Below are positions 14,901 through 27,500 of a stretch of DNA of 64,000 bases, piece after piece. The position numbers were made by a program, and so were the translations under genes. Numbering within the stretch: position 1 is the stretch's first letter; each line of letters begins with the position of its first letter. The notes beneath the pieces were generated by a model. It had not been told where the DNA came from, ran no database searches, and was given only the letters and a program-made list of their open reading frames with translations. Origin of the DNA: the human T2T-CHM13v2.0 reference genome, Homo sapiens; assembly GCF_009914755.1 (NCBI RefSeq), contig NC_060938.1. The stretch is one strand, 5' to 3'.

Positions 14901-15149
14901 TATCATCTCAAATCCCAAAATTGAATCATTGAGGTTTTATTATATTTGCCTTTCTCTTGATAAACCAACAAGCACATTTAAAAGGCTAAGTACAACAAGC
15001 AGCCATAAAAATTCAGAATTTAAGAATGCAGGAAACCTGAAATTCACCTTGATTCAAGCTTTTGCTTAAGATGAAGTAATTGCAGGGATAAACTCATGGG
15101 GACAACCTCATGCCAGGCTGCAAGTCCCATGCAGCCAATTGATTCTCAC

Positions 15150-15843
15150 AAGATGATTTCACTGGTTTTTGTCAAGTTTTTCTATCTGTAACTAACTTAT
15201 GCTTGCAATTCATCTACCATTTGACAAGTGGAGTTGTACCCTAACCCACTCTTTTCCCAATAAATTTATGAACATTAAATCAGATATGTAATCTACTGTT
15301 AAACTATTCCTTATCCTGATATGAATTATATTCATTAAACTGAAGCTTCTCTCCGCTTTGGCAGTGGATGCAACACAGTTCTTTTTTTTTTTTTTTAGTT
15401 TAATTTGCAGTATTAACATTACTCCATCACTTTAAGTCTAGACAATCAACAAAACAGTAAATCAAGCTCTGATTTGTAGTATTTATTAATTTCTGTGGTG
15501 TAAATCCTCCCACCATGGCCAATTTCCAACCACCAATATGACATCACAGAATGCAGAGTTGGGAAAAGATACACAGTAGCACACCATGATGCGGTTTTCC
15601 ACCATACCATGCAACAGACGTAAATAGCCTCGAAAGCCCAGACAGAAGTAACATGTAGTAAAATAATTAGGAAGTGAAGAGTTTTGAGCATATGAAAATA
15701 TTGTAATATAATTTATTTAGTTGTAAATTTATATAATTTGATTTCTATTAATGGCTAAGTTTAAGAGCTGACTTTAAAAATTCCCAAAACTTTTAACCAT
15801 TAGCTCTTGCAATTCAATATGTGCTGGCTCCAGCACAGTGCTG
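15150..15843 (-). mobile_element. Zaphod-like hAT (Tip100) DNA transposon, internally deleted, retaining the transposase C-terminal dimerisation motif
   Basis: The minus-strand peptide [35 protein letters not shown] fits the hAT C-terminal pattern (ERxFS...RNxL). The terminus reads ...gctggctccagcacagtgctg. Confidence 0.75.
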
Positions 15844-15902
15844 GAAGGAACTCACAAAATTATGAGAGGGATGTGGCTTTATATATTAAGAGCCGCATCT
15901 TC

Positions 15903-16714
15903 TGCAGCCAACAAACATATGAAAAAAGCTCATCATAACTAGTCACTAGAGAAATGCAAATCAAAACTGCATTGAGATACCATCTCATGCCAGTTAGAAT
16001 GGCGATCATTAAAAAGTCAGGAAACAAAACAACAGATGTTGGAGAGGATGTGGAGAAATAGGAATGTTTTTACACTGTTCGTGGGAGTGTAAATTAGTTC
16101 AACCATTGTGGAAGACAGTGTGGTGATTCCTCAAGGATCTAGAACTAGAAATACCATTTGACCCAGCAATCCCACTACTGGGTATATACCCAAAGGATTA
16201 TAAATCATTCTACCATAAAGACTCATGCACACATATGTTTATTGCGGCACTGTTCACAATAGCAAAGACTTGGAACCACCCAAATGCCCATCAATGATAG
16301 ACTGGATAAAGAAAATATGGCACATATACACCATGGAATACTATGCAGCCATAAAAAGGATGAGTTCATGTCCTTTGCAGGGACATGGATGAAGCTAGAA
16401 AGCATCATTCTCAGCAAACTAACACAGGAACAGAAAACCAAACACCACATGTTCTCACTCATAAGTGGGAGTTGAACCATGAGAACACACGGACACAGGG
16501 AGGAGAACATCACACACCACACACCGGGGCCTGTTGGGGGGTGGGGACTAGGGGAGGGATAGCATTAGGAGAAATACCTAATGTAGATAATGGGTTGATG
16601 GGTGCAGCAAACCACTATGGCACATGTATACCTATGTAACAAACTTGCACGTTCTGCACATGTACCCCAGAACTTAAAAGTATAATAAAAATTTGGTGAT
16701 GGTCAAAAAGAAAA
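15903..16714 (+). mobile_element. 5'-truncated L1PA7/8-type LINE-1 (ORF2 end and 3' UTR)
   Basis: Classic L1PA 3' sequence with TSD AAGAGC(C/A)GCATCTTC at 15888-15902 and 16715-16729. Confidence 0.92.
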
Positions 16715-16729
16715 AAGAGCAGCATCTTC

Positions 16730-16910
16730 ACAATCAAATAAACATGCATTCAAATCTTGGCTCTGCCATTTACTGAAAACATTACCTTGAGCTTTAATTT
16801 GTTCATATGTAAAATGGAGAAAGTTTCACTATCTATATCTTAGGGTTATTGTGAGGATTAAATAAGGTCTTATAAGTTACCATTATAACCAATACCTGGT
16901 ACTTATTAAA
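16730..16910 (+). mobile_element. MIR SINE interrupted by the L1PA
   Basis: ttcaaatcttggctctgccatttact...tgtaaaatggag...agggttattgtgaggattaaata. Confidence 0.7.
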
Positions 16911-16939
16911 AACACAAGAAGAAATGTATGTTTAAAAAC

Positions 16940-17068
16940 AAGAAGGAAGAAGAATAAGAAAGAAGGAAGAAGAAAGAGGAAGAAAGAAGAAGGAGGAAGA
17001 AGAAAGGAGGAGAAAGAGGAGGAAGGGGAGGGGAAGGGGGAGGGGGAAGGGGAGGAGGAGGAGGAGGC
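16940..17068 (+). repeat. GA-rich polypurine low-complexity tract
   Basis: An almost pure A/G run of (GAA/GGA/GGGGAA) units. Confidence 0.9.
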
Positions 17069-18254
17069 AGCGGCGGCAACTATTATTTTTGTCGTTGTTG
17101 AAGAATTTCTTCATCATTAAGCAGAGTAAGTTTCCAGGCCAGAAGATCAAATTCTCTTCTGTGAAAGTTTGTGGAAATGGGAAAAGATGCCCATGTGCCT
17201 GGAAAACACTGTGGGGATGAAGCCAGCAGATAAATGACCCTTTAGGTCTTAAAGTCATTATCCTGCTTTTCCCAAGAATCATGGCTATCTACTGTTATTT
17301 AAAGCAATCCAACCAATCTTTTCTTCCCTATGTAAGTGGCTCAGTGACTGGAAAGGACTAAGTGCATTTTCATTTCAACCTGGAACTCTAATTTGTAACC
17401 CTGTTTTCAGAATCAAAAGAAGAAAACAGAGGTCTGCTGCCTGAATGCAGTAGCAGATCCCAAACTTGCTTAAAACCTCACCCATATTCTTAGGGAAAAT
17501 ATGCAAATATACTCGAACACATTGAATTGGACATTTTAAACTACTGAATTTTATTATATGTAAATTATATCTCAGTAAAGTTGTTTTTTTAAAAAGAAAG
17601 AAAATGAGAACAAAGCTTTGGAAAATGGAAGAGGGATAAAGGTGGTAGGAACTTGATCCTGGGTAAACTGAGAAAGAAGGGACTAGGGCCACCACCTGAT
17701 GACAGCAGACCTGACAAAGGGGAACCTGCAAGAGCACTGCTTGAGTGTTCATGAGCTATTTGGGAGCAACTAACTGCTAACTGACTGTTCACCAGCCACC
17801 CTGCCAAGAATCCTATAGTTGAACCCAGACTCGGGCCCCTCATTCCTCCCATCGGGGCCACTAGACTTAGCTTTGTCTACACCAAGGCTTCACCCTCTAC
17901 CCGGCCAGCAGCAGTGATGTCTGCCTATACCATAATCTTGCTTAGCTTGGCCCCTTCTGAACACCCCAGTGGGCCCTCCATACCACAGCCAACGTCCCAG
18001 ACCAGTCATAAGCCCAATGAGGGGGTCATGGATGCTAGGTGGTAAGATGTATTTGATGGGTCTGCAGGACCATGGGAGGCTGAAGAAACAAGCTAGACAG
18101 CCCTGAGCTAACCCACGTTTAGTGATTAATAACACACTGGTTACAAAAGGGTGGTTGTTCTATTTAAGAATGAGTAAGATTTAAAGATGGTAAAGAGTGA
18201 GAATTGATGAAACCATGTATCAGGCAGAGTGAAAAAATTAGGTAGAATAAGAGT

Positions 18255-18561
18255 AGACTGTGCGTGGTGGTTCAGGCCTATAATCCCAGCCATTTGGGAG
18301 GCTGAGACAGGAGGATGGCTTGAGCCCAGGAGTTCAAGACCAGCCTAGGCAACATGGTGAGACCCCATCTCTACAAAAAATACTTTTTTAATTAGTCAGG
18401 AAGCGTGGTGCACACCTGCGGTCCCAGCTACTCAAGAGGCTGAGGTGGGGGGACCGCTTGAGCCTGGGAGGTCAAGGTTGTAATGAGATGTGTTTGCACC
18501 ACTGCACTCCAGCCTGGGTGACAGACTGAGACTCTATTCAAAAAGAAAAGAGAGAGAGAGA
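18255..18561 (+). mobile_element. AluJ
   Basis: Diverged Alu dimer (ggatggcttgagcccagg) with an (AG)n tail. Confidence 0.88.
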
Positions 18562-18599
18562 GCAAGAGTGGATGCACTGGCTGGCAAGAACACTCTGTA

Positions 18600-18735
18600 T
18601 GGGTAAATATTATTCTCCTAAATTACAAATAGGAAAACTGAAGCTCGGAGAGGTTAAACTCTGTTCCCAAATTCACAGAGCTAGCAAGTGATATAACCAA
18701 GATTGGAATCCACATCTTTTTTACTCCACTGCTCC
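18600..18735 (-). mobile_element. MIR SINE
   Basis: ttacaaataggaaaactgaagctcggagaggttaaactctgttcccaaattcacagagctagcaagtg. Confidence 0.7.
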
Positions 18736-19411
18736 CACACATCCTGTCTCTTTCTTCTGAAATCCAAATTCCTCTTAAAACCACATTGCTACTTAAAATT
18801 CCACCCTTTGCTTCCTCATCAGGTTAATTTGTAGCTGTACTATCAGAATAGAAATTTTCAGGAACTACTACCAATTGTGTACTGTGTACCCATGTAGACT
18901 CAATGGACAGAGATGATACTTTTCCCTTAGCTTTCTGATATTTGCCTTGCTGAAGTCCGGAGGTATTCCTAAATAAGCCCAGCATTCTCTCCTACTCTAA
19001 GATGAAACAGACATTACCTCTCATGTTTCAACTACCAGTTCTTCCTTGATTAGATTAGCAGTTCTTGTCTCCTTGATCTTCAGAAATTAAAACTACCAGC
19101 AGGGCAGGGCAAAAGCTTATGAGCTCCTCTGGTCAGCTGCTGGTGCTCCCTGTCACAGCTGCATGTGGCTGCTGGGAACTGCATGGGCCCTGCACTAGTT
19201 TAATAATCTGAATTTGAAAGGAATGTTTATATCCCACACATGCCAAGACCTAGGAGTCATCACTTCTTTTTCTTTCTATTTTTACCCTCTCATCCAATGC
19301 ATTCCTCTGGCTGTAACCTGTAGAATCATGTACTGTCTCTGAGGTGCAGCCACCTCCCCACACAAAAGTCTGTTATAGCACCTCTGCTTCATTGGGATAA
19401 AGAGGCCCTTC

Positions 19412-20000
19412 TGTAGCAGTCACTGCTGGTTGCCTATCCAACAGCCACTCACTCTTTCCTTGTTGGGAAAAAATCCCTACTTCTGCCCATGTACCAACCA
19501 TGTACCAACAATGGTACAGATATAGATCTTGACTGGCCTAAGCCAGATGTCAGCAAACTTTTTCTGTAAAGAGTGAGATAGTAAATATTTTGGGTTTATG
19601 GATCATAAGGTCTCTTGCAACTAACTCAATTCCAATGTTGTGAGGTGAAAGCAGCCATAGAAATAAGTAAACAAGTAGGCATGGCTGTGTTCCCAAAAAC
19701 CTTTCTTTACAAAAACAGGCATCAGGCTGGATTTGTCTCAGGGGCTGTACTTTGCTGACCCCTGGCCTAAGCCAATGGGACCAATGTAGTTCCATTTTCT
19801 TGCCAGAAACTGGTTGAAACATAGGCATATGATACAACCATGGCCAATGTGAGATGAAGGCAGATGTGTGAGCAGCTTCTGGGAAAGTCTTTCTTCGAAA
19901 GGCTCATAAAAAGTAATAATCCCTCTTTTCTGCCACACATCATCACATCTGAATATGATGCTTGGGAATGTTGCAGCTATTTTGAGACCATGCAATTTGG
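19412..20000 (+). mobile_element. Ancient ERVL-class LTR (LTR33/LTR16-like) interrupted by MER58A
   Basis: tgtagcagtcactgctggttgcctatccaac...ggcatatgatacaaccatggccaatgtgag...cttctgggaaag. Confidence 0.55.
19544..19764. mobile_element. MER58A (hAT-Charlie MITE)
   Basis: TIRs cagatgtcagcaaac / tttgctgacccctg, with a perfect 8-bp TSD GCCTAAGC at 19536-19543 and 19765-19772. Confidence 0.88.
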
Positions 20001-20119
20001 AAACCCTTTTGACCTGTGGCACACCCTTAGGCTTCCTTAACTGTAAATGAGGAATAATGATAACTACTTATAAAACCTAAATGATGTAAAGTATATCAAG
20101 TGCTTAGCAGTATGGGCAT

Positions 20120-20516
20120 TGTCTTAGTCTGTTTTCTGCTGTTAGAATATCTGAGACCAGGTAATTTATAAAGAAAAAAAGAAACTTATTTCTCACAGTT
20201 CTGGAAGCTGGGAAGTACACAAGCATGGTACTCGCATCTGGCAAGAGCCTTCATGCTGCATCATCCGATGGCAGAAGGCAGAAGGGCAAGAGAGCACATA
20301 CAATACTGAAAAGAAAAGGGGGTTGAACTCCCGCTTTTTACCAGGAGCCCACCCCCAGATAACTAACCCACTCCTATGATAAAGGCATTAATCCCTTCAA
20401 CAGGGCTCTGCCCCCATGATTTAATTACCTCTTCAAGGCTCCACCTCTCAACACTGTTGCAATGGGGATTAAGCTTCCAACACATAAATTTCGGGGGACA
20501 CATTCAAACCATAGTA
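20120..20516 (-). mobile_element. MST-family (MSTC/D-like) solo LTR
   Basis: tgtcttagtctgttttctgctg...ggctccacctctcaacactgttgcaatggggattaag...acacattcaaaccatag. Confidence 0.8.
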
Positions 20517-21068
20517 GGTATAGAGAAAGATCCCAGGAAATGAGAGCTACTACTGCTAAATTTACCATATATTTATGTGCCCACAAAAACTCTATGTAAA
20601 AGTAGGTATTCAATAAAAACTTTCTGAATAAGTAGGTACTTGGAACATTTTCCTCCCGTGAGCAAGACTGGATGTGCCCTTCCAACCCTGCTCTGACTAG
20701 GACTCTCTTGTGATGAAAAGCACATACACCTGGCTCTTTTCTAGAATTGAACCTTGATCCTTACCTGAGGGGAGCTGGGGGTTGGCTTCCTTGGCACTAC
20801 TCTAACCAGCCACAGAAAAGTTCTAAAATTCCACACTACTTATAAACAAAATAGTAACTATAGAAATGATCTATCTGAGTAACTGGATTATGGTGAAAGA
20901 GTTGTCAGTAAGATTTGACACAGCACTTAAGAGTGACATAGTTCACCCTCATTGCTCATCTGCAGTAGGCAACAGCCAGGTTTGACTGCCGACGATGCTA
21001 AGACAAGGAGATGAGGTGCCTTTGTCACTATCATTAAGATTTATATTTATTTATATATATATATAAAA

Positions 21069-21360
<292 letters not shown>

Positions 21361-21489
21361 AAAACTAGCTAGTCTAAGGGTCTAAAGAATTCTGTCTGTA
21401 ATGAGGGATGAGAAGGACCAAACGAATGTAGCCCTAATAGAAGTAGATATTATAAAATTCTAACTCCTTTTTAAAAGAGAGCCTCTGGA

Positions 21490-22097
<608 letters not shown>

Positions 22098-22137
22098 TCA
22101 ACTTCTCAGATAAAAAGTGCATCCTCTGGCCCCTTGC

Positions 22138-22294
22138 CCCTCAAAGCGTGATCCACAAACCAGCAGCATCAGTCTCTCCTGGCAGCCTTGAACAAACGTA
22201 GCGTCTCAGGCCCCACCCAGACCTACTGAATCAGAACGCACCTTGTATCAGGATCCCCAGGGGGATCTGTGTGCACATTAATGGTCAACACTGT
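22138..22294. mobile_element. MER5A-like hAT MITE
   Basis: ctcaaagcgtgatccacaaaccagcagcatcag...ctcaggccccacccagacctactgaatcagaa. Confidence 0.75.
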
Positions 22295-22431
22295 GCTTGC
22301 TTTCTCCAAAGGATTGTGCTCGCTTGTACAAAATGAGTAAAACAATTATGGTGCAGAGAAGTTGAATATAAACTTGTAAATATAAGCTTGTATGAGGCTA
22401 CTAAGTAGTACAAAACACTCTCAAATTTTAA

Positions 22432-22741
<310 letters not shown>

Positions 22742-23354
22742 AAGTTCATATCTTAATGCTACAGCCTTTATAACTAAATGCCTTTAAGGTAGTCATGTTG
22801 GGATTTTTTTCTTTCTTAATAGCATCCCATAATGATCGTACATGTTCCAAAAATTAAAATATATAATTAACCTGGGAAGGGAAAAAAAAAAACCTTAGAT
22901 GCTAAAATATAGGCAGGATACCACAGCTTACCTATAACTTGAAAAAGTAATATCTGAAAAGTGAAAAACTCTCATCAATTATTTGTGTCATCTCTAAGAC
23001 AGGCAATAACTGTAAATCTCCTCACACTAAACTGGTTAAACTTAACAGTCAGTCAAAGATTATGCTGACAACCACTGGGTCATGTTGGAAAAAGCAATGA
23101 ATCAGCAATACTCCCAAGAACACTCTGGGTTTTCAAATTTATTTTTGATAGTGGATTCCTTTTCCTCAAATACAGTCATCTTGGGAACTCCCAATATATA
23201 AAAGCTCGAGGAAGTAGTGGGTAAAGGAACCAAGGCTCCAGCGGCTCACCTGCTCCTCTCTTACAATGCTCCTTTGCCCCTTTCTGCCTTTTGAAATCTG
23301 CCTAACCTTCAAGGCCAAAGATAAATGGGCTTTTGCTTCACTTTGCACACATAG

Positions 23355-23500
23355 ATCTATCCTATGAGTGAATAATTAGTATGCTCTTTTTCAAGTTAAG
23401 GAAATTGAAGCTCAGAGAAGTTAAAAACTCATCCAGGGTCAATGGCAGCAAAGTGAAGGCTTCAGTTCAGGACTTCCTGACTCCAAATTCTAGCCTCTCA
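23355..23500 (-). mobile_element. MIR SINE
   Basis: aaggaaattgaagctcagagaagttaaaaactcatccagggtca. Confidence 0.6.
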
Positions 23501-24169
23501 ACTGCCACCCTGCATGTTGTCTGTAATGCTTTACAAGGCTCCACTTGGTACTTTCAGAGCATTTTTCTTCCCCAGCATATTTCACATCCTGCCTCGCATT
23601 ACACATTTTTCTTCCCCATGACTCATCAGCTCCTGGAGAGCAGACATTGTTCTGCTCAATCACTCATGATCTAGCAAAAATTTATAAATAGCAAATGGAG
23701 TTTTCCCAGTTTTCTGGGGCTTGCCTTCCTTGAGAAAGTCCACCCCTGAAAATGCTAAGTGTTCACCAAGCCAGGCTGCTTCAGGTAAATGATATGTACT
23801 GCCATCACCCCCTGCCCCTCCTCCATCCAGGTGGGGTCATGTGACTAGTTCTCACTAACATAATTTGAAATGGAAGAAAAATAAAGCCATTCTAGGCTGA
23901 TGAGTCCCAGGTAGCCTTCCCTAAGTTCTCTCTCTTTCCTGCCTCCTGGCTAGCTGCAGAGGATCCAGTGAAGTTGCATAGGTCCAAGAAGATGATGGAG
24001 ATATGGGTGAAAGAATAACTGAGTGACAGTGGATTATGAAGAGGGCAAGGAACCAATATATTAATCCACTGAGACTTTAGAGTTGTTTGTTATAGCAACT
24101 GGCATTTGCAGACAGATACATTCCCACCTATCCAAAGTCCATAAGTCAACTTTTTTCATTAGCAAGCTA

Positions 24170-24545
<376 letters not shown>

Positions 24546-27500
24546 TCAATGGAGTGCTGGCACCCCTAAGAATTATCTGACTCCATTAGGACTGTGCACC
24601 TGTCACTGCCTTTGAACTATTTTACAACTCTTTAAATTACAGATAACAAATAGCAAAACAAATAATTCTCTAAACAAGCAAATTAAATATCCAGAAAAGG
24701 GACAACCCTTGCTGACTGGAAAAAGTCAGTCTTGCATCCATCTGTAAATTCATTTCAACAATTTTTGACTCCACATAGATTGGTGGTTCTTTCATGTCTC
24801 ATTTGAGCCAGTTATGGTATTTGCCTGGCTTCTTCATTAATAACGAGTTAAATAAAATCTCTGACATGTTCACTTTAAATCTATAGGAGAATCATGATTA
24901 TACCTTATTTTAAAAATTATCTTTTAACAAGTATGAATTATTGGTGGCCCATCATAAAGTCACTAGACCAAGGTTTTAAAGTAAGAGTGTTTTGATACAG
25001 TGAGGGGGATTAAGAGAAGAGTGAAGCCTCTTGGGATCCCAGGACAGTCCTGGGGAGGTGTGGCAGGTGCTCAAATGAAGAATGCAAAGTGAGAATGATG
25101 ACCAGGAAGAAGGAAGAAGAAAAGGCTGCAAGGTTCCACTGGAAACAAACTTCTAGCATCAGAATTTTCCCCATGGTTTGCCCCACCTTCTTGTTACTAC
25201 TGGAGTAAATAAATGAGTTGTCTTTCTATCTCTCTGTGGTTTCCATTGCTGGATCCTGAGCTGTTAGGTCTAGTTGGAAACCACTCTTCACCTTAACTCT
25301 GTGTGCATGGCCTCTACTATTGATCTATTTCCCCCGTGGCAGGACTCAGAAGCCCAAGGCTCTGGTCCTGTGGGATGTGCAATACTTTATCAGGTTTGTG
25401 ATAAACAAACCCAGGTGGTAGTTCACCCAATGCCTATGGCTGATTTCATACAAATCTTCGGCAGTTGAAAGTTGCCAATATGACTTCAGGTATTTACCCC
25501 CAAGGATTCATCAAATCCTTCCTGTTCCAAACAGTCACTATCCTCTTTCAAGAGAAGCAGCTCAAAAATTCAAATCCCATTATTTCAGAAAGATTTCAGC
25601 CCTGCAGGAAAACTGAGAGATGGAAGGTGTAAATCAACATCCCCTAAGTTGTGAGCACTTCATTTTAAATTCCTTCCCTGGGTCTTTAATCTGTTTGTAA
25701 AGTTTATTTTGAAAGTTCTTCACATGAATTGAACTGGGACCTGTTGTTGACCATATAGCTATATTTTGTGCCAGATTCTGTAAATCATTCTGTGCAAGCA
25801 GAAAGGTTCTGAGTTGGAAAAGCAGAACCCTGTGGCCATTAATTCTCAAATGCTGAAATGAAATAAACAAGTTGATTTCAACTTCACCTGATCACTAAGC
25901 TTCGCTTTAAGGCTTTAGCATCCTTTTTTATGGTCTCAGTTGGAGACAGGGAAAAATTACTTAATTGCTCTGTTTCTGAATTGCAAAAGTTAAGTGCATT
26001 CTTTCTCTGATCCAGATTAAGTAAAACAAGTAAAATTTGGGAGACTCCAAATATTCCAGATTCTTAATAGAGTGGACCAAGAGCATTTAATTAAGCAATT
26101 CACCTTAATTAGCACCATGTAACCACAAATCAAGAGATAAGGACCCATTTTGACTACTTTCTCCATTTTGTTTTAACAGTTGGAAACTCTTTAACATCAT
26201 CTTTGTTCACTTTCCTCTGTATTTTTTCAAAGAGGACAATTTATACTTAATTTCTTCCTTTCTGAAAAACTTCCCAGTTTTCCTAGTGTTTCTTCTTGTT
26301 TAATTCCCAGAAGAGCCTACTAGATGTTTTAGATGTTTTCATATTTCAATAATTCCCCAACTGAGCCTACGAGTGCATTCTGATTACAAAGAAATTAGTT
26401 CACAGCATTCTCCTCAGATGTAATATGTCTTATTAATGTTTTTATTAACTGTAGTGGATGAAGAGGTTATTTTCTGGATTAGTTCCAAGTCTCCTTTTCT
26501 GGCTCTCCAAAGGAAAAGTGATTGCTGAATTTTCCCATAAGAAATGCATTTGTAATAAAAGAAATGTGATTTTTTCCAATTCTCTAATTCAATATAATTT
26601 AATTATGAAAATACAGAGAAGAGCTTCAGCTTCTAAGAAGCATTGAGTCTATTATTTCACACAGATCGTAAGAAGAAATAAAATCAAGATAGATAATTTG
26701 GAGCCAAGATATTTGGGTTTAGGTTTCCAGACGGCTCTTCCTAACCAACAAGTTCAAATTTATTTTTAGTGAAACTTTGGTACCATTAACCCAACAGCTC
26801 CTACAGGGCATTAAAGAAACAAAAAGAAAATATTTTCAAACCAGGAACCTAAAACATTTAAAATGCTACATCATAATAATAATTTTCTACATTCAGAAGT
26901 GAGATACAAAAAGAAGACTTGATTCTCAGAACTGGGGAAGCAATGAACCAGTGGCAGAGAGAATCAGGTTTATAAATGTCTCACTTCCATCTAGGTGATG
27001 CAATAGTTGTTTTCATTCTTTGGTAGGAGCTGTCAAAGGCTTTATGTCTATAAAGCCACCTAATTAACTATTTGTAAATTTTTAAATTGCTCAACCACTC
27101 CATGAGAGTGCCATCTGATTCTCCTCCGATTCAGCGGCTAAGCTGATCAATGTAATTGACTCAACGCTTCTAAGGTCTGATCGTTTCTACAGTGAAGAAT
27201 CACTCAAAGTTCATTCCAAAAATAAAAAATAAAATGTTAGGTGATGTTCTGGAAAAAACTAGCCTCAAAATACTCTCTAAAGTTTATGACCAGAAAGCAG
27301 GCTATAGTTAGTGGATTACTAAAGACTCTGTAGATATTAAAAACACTTTGGAGTAAGTAGAACCAGCAAAAATAACAATGAGGTGAAGCTCTACCTGCCA
27401 TATGATAGCTAAGCTTAGTGTCAGTTATAAGCATGACAGAAAACCCTCAGTACCTGATCAGTTACCATGTTTTCCACAAATTAACCTTATGTTATCTAAA

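Noticed and set aside
17620-18150. GC-richer block that might be an ancient LTR-retroelement internal fragment
   Set aside because: No diagnostic motif was recognisable, so it is left unannotated pending a Dfam search.
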